From Candidatus Woesearchaeota archaeon (GTDB lineage: Archaea > Nanobdellota > Nanobdellia > SCGC-AAA011-G17 > PNOQ01): 64,000 bases of DNA. Shown here piece by piece: positions 62,601 through 64,000 of this stretch. The DNA lies in assembly GCA_964344555.1 (NCBI GenBank), contig CAYFNK010000001.1, positions 88,684 to 152,683 of the forward strand, given 5' to 3'. The notes below the pieces were generated by a model. The model was not told where the DNA came from. It did not search any database and worked only from the letters and a program-made list of their open reading frames with translations. The position numbers were made by a program, and so were the translations under genes. The stretch's first letter is position 1; every line of letters begins with the position of its first letter.

Positions 62601-64000
62601 TTTACTTTCTTGAAATCTAGTCCTTCATATAAGACTTCACTTATCAATTCTCTCAATTTCTCAATTTTAACTCTAGTTTGTTTCATTGAAGAAATTTCTC
62701 TTAATGTAACAGATTTATCCTTCAAACTATCATGATCTACAGTAACACAAAGAGTAGTTCCAACTTCGTCCATCCTTCTATACCTTCTACCTATGCTTCC
62801 AGATTGATCATAGGTACAAACAAATTCTTTATCCAGTTCATCAAATACTTCTTTAGCTAGTTTTGGCATTCCTTCTTTTTTCATAAGAGGAAATACTGCA
62901 ACATCAATGGGAGCAACACCTGAAGGGAAGTATAACCAATCTCTTTTTCCCCCTTTTATTTTTTCTTCTCTTAATGATTCTTCAAGTAAACAGTAAGTTG
63001 GCCTTTCTAATCCAAACGCTATTTCAAGAATTCCTGGAGTTTCCTTTCCAACACTGAATTTAGATTTAGAAAATTCACCATGTCTTTTCAAATCATAATC
63101 TTTTCTATCATGGACTCCGCAAATTTCAAACCACCCAAATCTTTTGGTTTTAATTTCTATATCCCACGCATCCTCAGCATAATGTGCCAATTCGTTTGGA
63201 TCATGTTGTCTTATTCTTATTTTATTTGGAGGGAAGCCCATATCCCTCACAATAGAGTAAGCAACTCCCAGTGTCCAAGCATATGTTTTCTTTTTCAGAA
63301 TTTTCTTTTTTATGGCAGAACTAATTTTAATCTTAGAAATTTTCTTTCTAAATGGAACTAATGGAAGTGCAATTGAAGATAATTCATTATATCTCTCAAA
63401 GTTTTTTTCACTCTCTTTCAAAACAAACAGCTGGCCTTCTGCTTGGGTAAACTCTCTTGTCCTAAAAACTCCTTGCCTAGGACTTATTTCGTTTCTGTAT
63501 GCCTTCCCTATCTGAAAAACTCCAAAAGGAAATTTAGTTCTAAAAAATCTATGATACTCTGGAAATAAAAGGTAAGTAGTTGTAGCAGTTTCTGGTCTTA
63601 AATATGCTTCTTGATCAAGACCTATTTTAGTTTTCATCATCAAATTGTATGAAGTAACAGAACCAAGTCCTCCCTTACAAGAAGAACATTTAATCTTTTT
63701 CTTATCTAAGATTTGTTTCAATTTTTCAAAACTTAGTCCTTCTATTTTTTCTTTAAGATATTTTTCTTTGATTAAATTGTCAACTCTAAACGCAGAACCA
63801 CATTTAGTACATTTAGTCACAGGGTCAACAAAACCTTCAAGGTGTCCAGAAGCTTCCCAAACTTTTTTAGGCATGATCGTAGGACATTCAACTTCCCAAA
63901 AACCCCGAGAAACAAAACCTTTTCTTATAATAGTTTCAATTTTATTTTTTAATAATTTACCTAAAGGGCCCCAATCATAGAATCCAGAAACGCCTCCATG
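62597..64000 (-). CDS. glyS: Glycyl-tRNA synthetase (archaeal/eukaryotic alpha2 type); 5' end outside window
   Basis: 'FRNEISPRQGVFRTREFTQAE' is class II motif 2. 'GLERP' and the anticodon-binding domain 'APIDVAVFPL' are also present. The frame stays open upstream of the track's Met to the window edge ('HGGVSGFYDWGPLG...'). Confidence 0.95.
   Translation of the reverse strand, partial: HGGVSGFYDWGPLGKLLKNKIETIIRKGFVSRGFWEVECPTIMPKKVWEASGHLEGFVDPVTKCTKCGSAFRVDNLIKEKYLKEKIEGLSFEKLKQILDKKKIKCSSCKGGLGSVTSYNLMMKTKIGLDQEAYLRPETATTTYLLFPEYHRFFRTKFPFGVFQIGKAYRNEISPRQGVFRTREFTQAEGQLFVLKESEKNFERYNELSSIALPLVPFRKKISKIKISSAIKKKILKKKTYAWTLGVAYSIVRDMGFPPNKIRIRQHDPNELAHYAEDAWDIEIKTKRFGWFEICGVHDRKDYDLKRHGEFSKSKFSVGKETPGILEIAFGLERPTYCLLEESLREEKIKGGKRDWLYFPSGVAPIDVAVFPLMKKEGMPKLAKEVFDELDKEFVCTYDQSGSIGRRYRRMDEVGTTLCVTVDHDSLKDKSVTLREISSMKQTRVKIEKLRELISEVLYEGLDFKKVK

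Noticed and set aside
1-64000. I looked for CRISPR arrays, rRNA genes, transposases/IS elements, integrases and toxin-antitoxin pairs.
   Set aside because: Coding density leaves no non-coding stretch longer than about 150 nt apart from the disrupted VKOR-like pseudogene locus (60690-61170). I saw no spaced direct repeats, no rRNA-like sequence and no DDE/tyrosine-recombinase motifs in any frame I read. The AbrB-like protein at 3169 has no toxin partner.

Overview
This is a visibly AT-rich (about one-third G+C by eye, not computed), very gene-dense archaeal chromosome segment. It best fits a small-genome DPANN-type archaeon (Nanoarchaeota/Woese-/Pacearchaeota-like). Almost every base is coding. 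Neighbouring genes often overlap by 4-23 nt or abut stop-to-stop. Content is dominated by information processing: partial topA, radB, cdc48, map, polB, fen1, RFC large and small, ileS, tbp, mcm, an RPA32-like OB/wH protein, aIF2-beta, aIF1A, a Dim2-like KH protein, topo VI B/A, a fused PriS-PriL primase, alba, metG plus a separate Trbp111-like domain, rtcB/archease and partial glyS. The canonical archaeal ribosomal-protein superoperon (rpl3 ... rpl15-secY-DUF106-rpl34e-rpl14e-pfdA) lies on the minus strand at 34.3-48.9 kb. Six tRNA genes were folded by hand: Asn-GUU and Ile-GAU in tandem, Gln-CUG, Glu-CUC, Met/Ile2-CAU and Ala-GGC. I see no rRNA, CRISPR array, transposase or integrase. The accessory content sits at 49.7-51.5 kb and 53.3-62.6 kb. 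The most unusual items are: (1) a 184-codon ORF with no ATG (TTG start, GGAGG upstream), bracketed by two tRNA genes, with 12 Cys in 57 residues and a hydrophobic tail. (2) A glyS-coupled operon of three membrane/secreted Cys-motif proteins (a CPAC membrane protein, a lipobox Cys-rich/YHS-like protein and a YHS-MauE fusion). It converges on a VKOR homologue disrupted by two compensating frameshifts, while the VKOR-type thioredoxin partner is intact 47 kb away. (3) A free-standing LAGLIDADG endonuclease ORF whose last 41 nt run antisense into a tRNA gene. (4) A 98-aa protein that is mostly lysine (H1/Hc-like) with a strong SD. (5) A tRNA-Ala abutting the rtcB stop codon. All family assignments come from motif recognition by eye; no searches were run.
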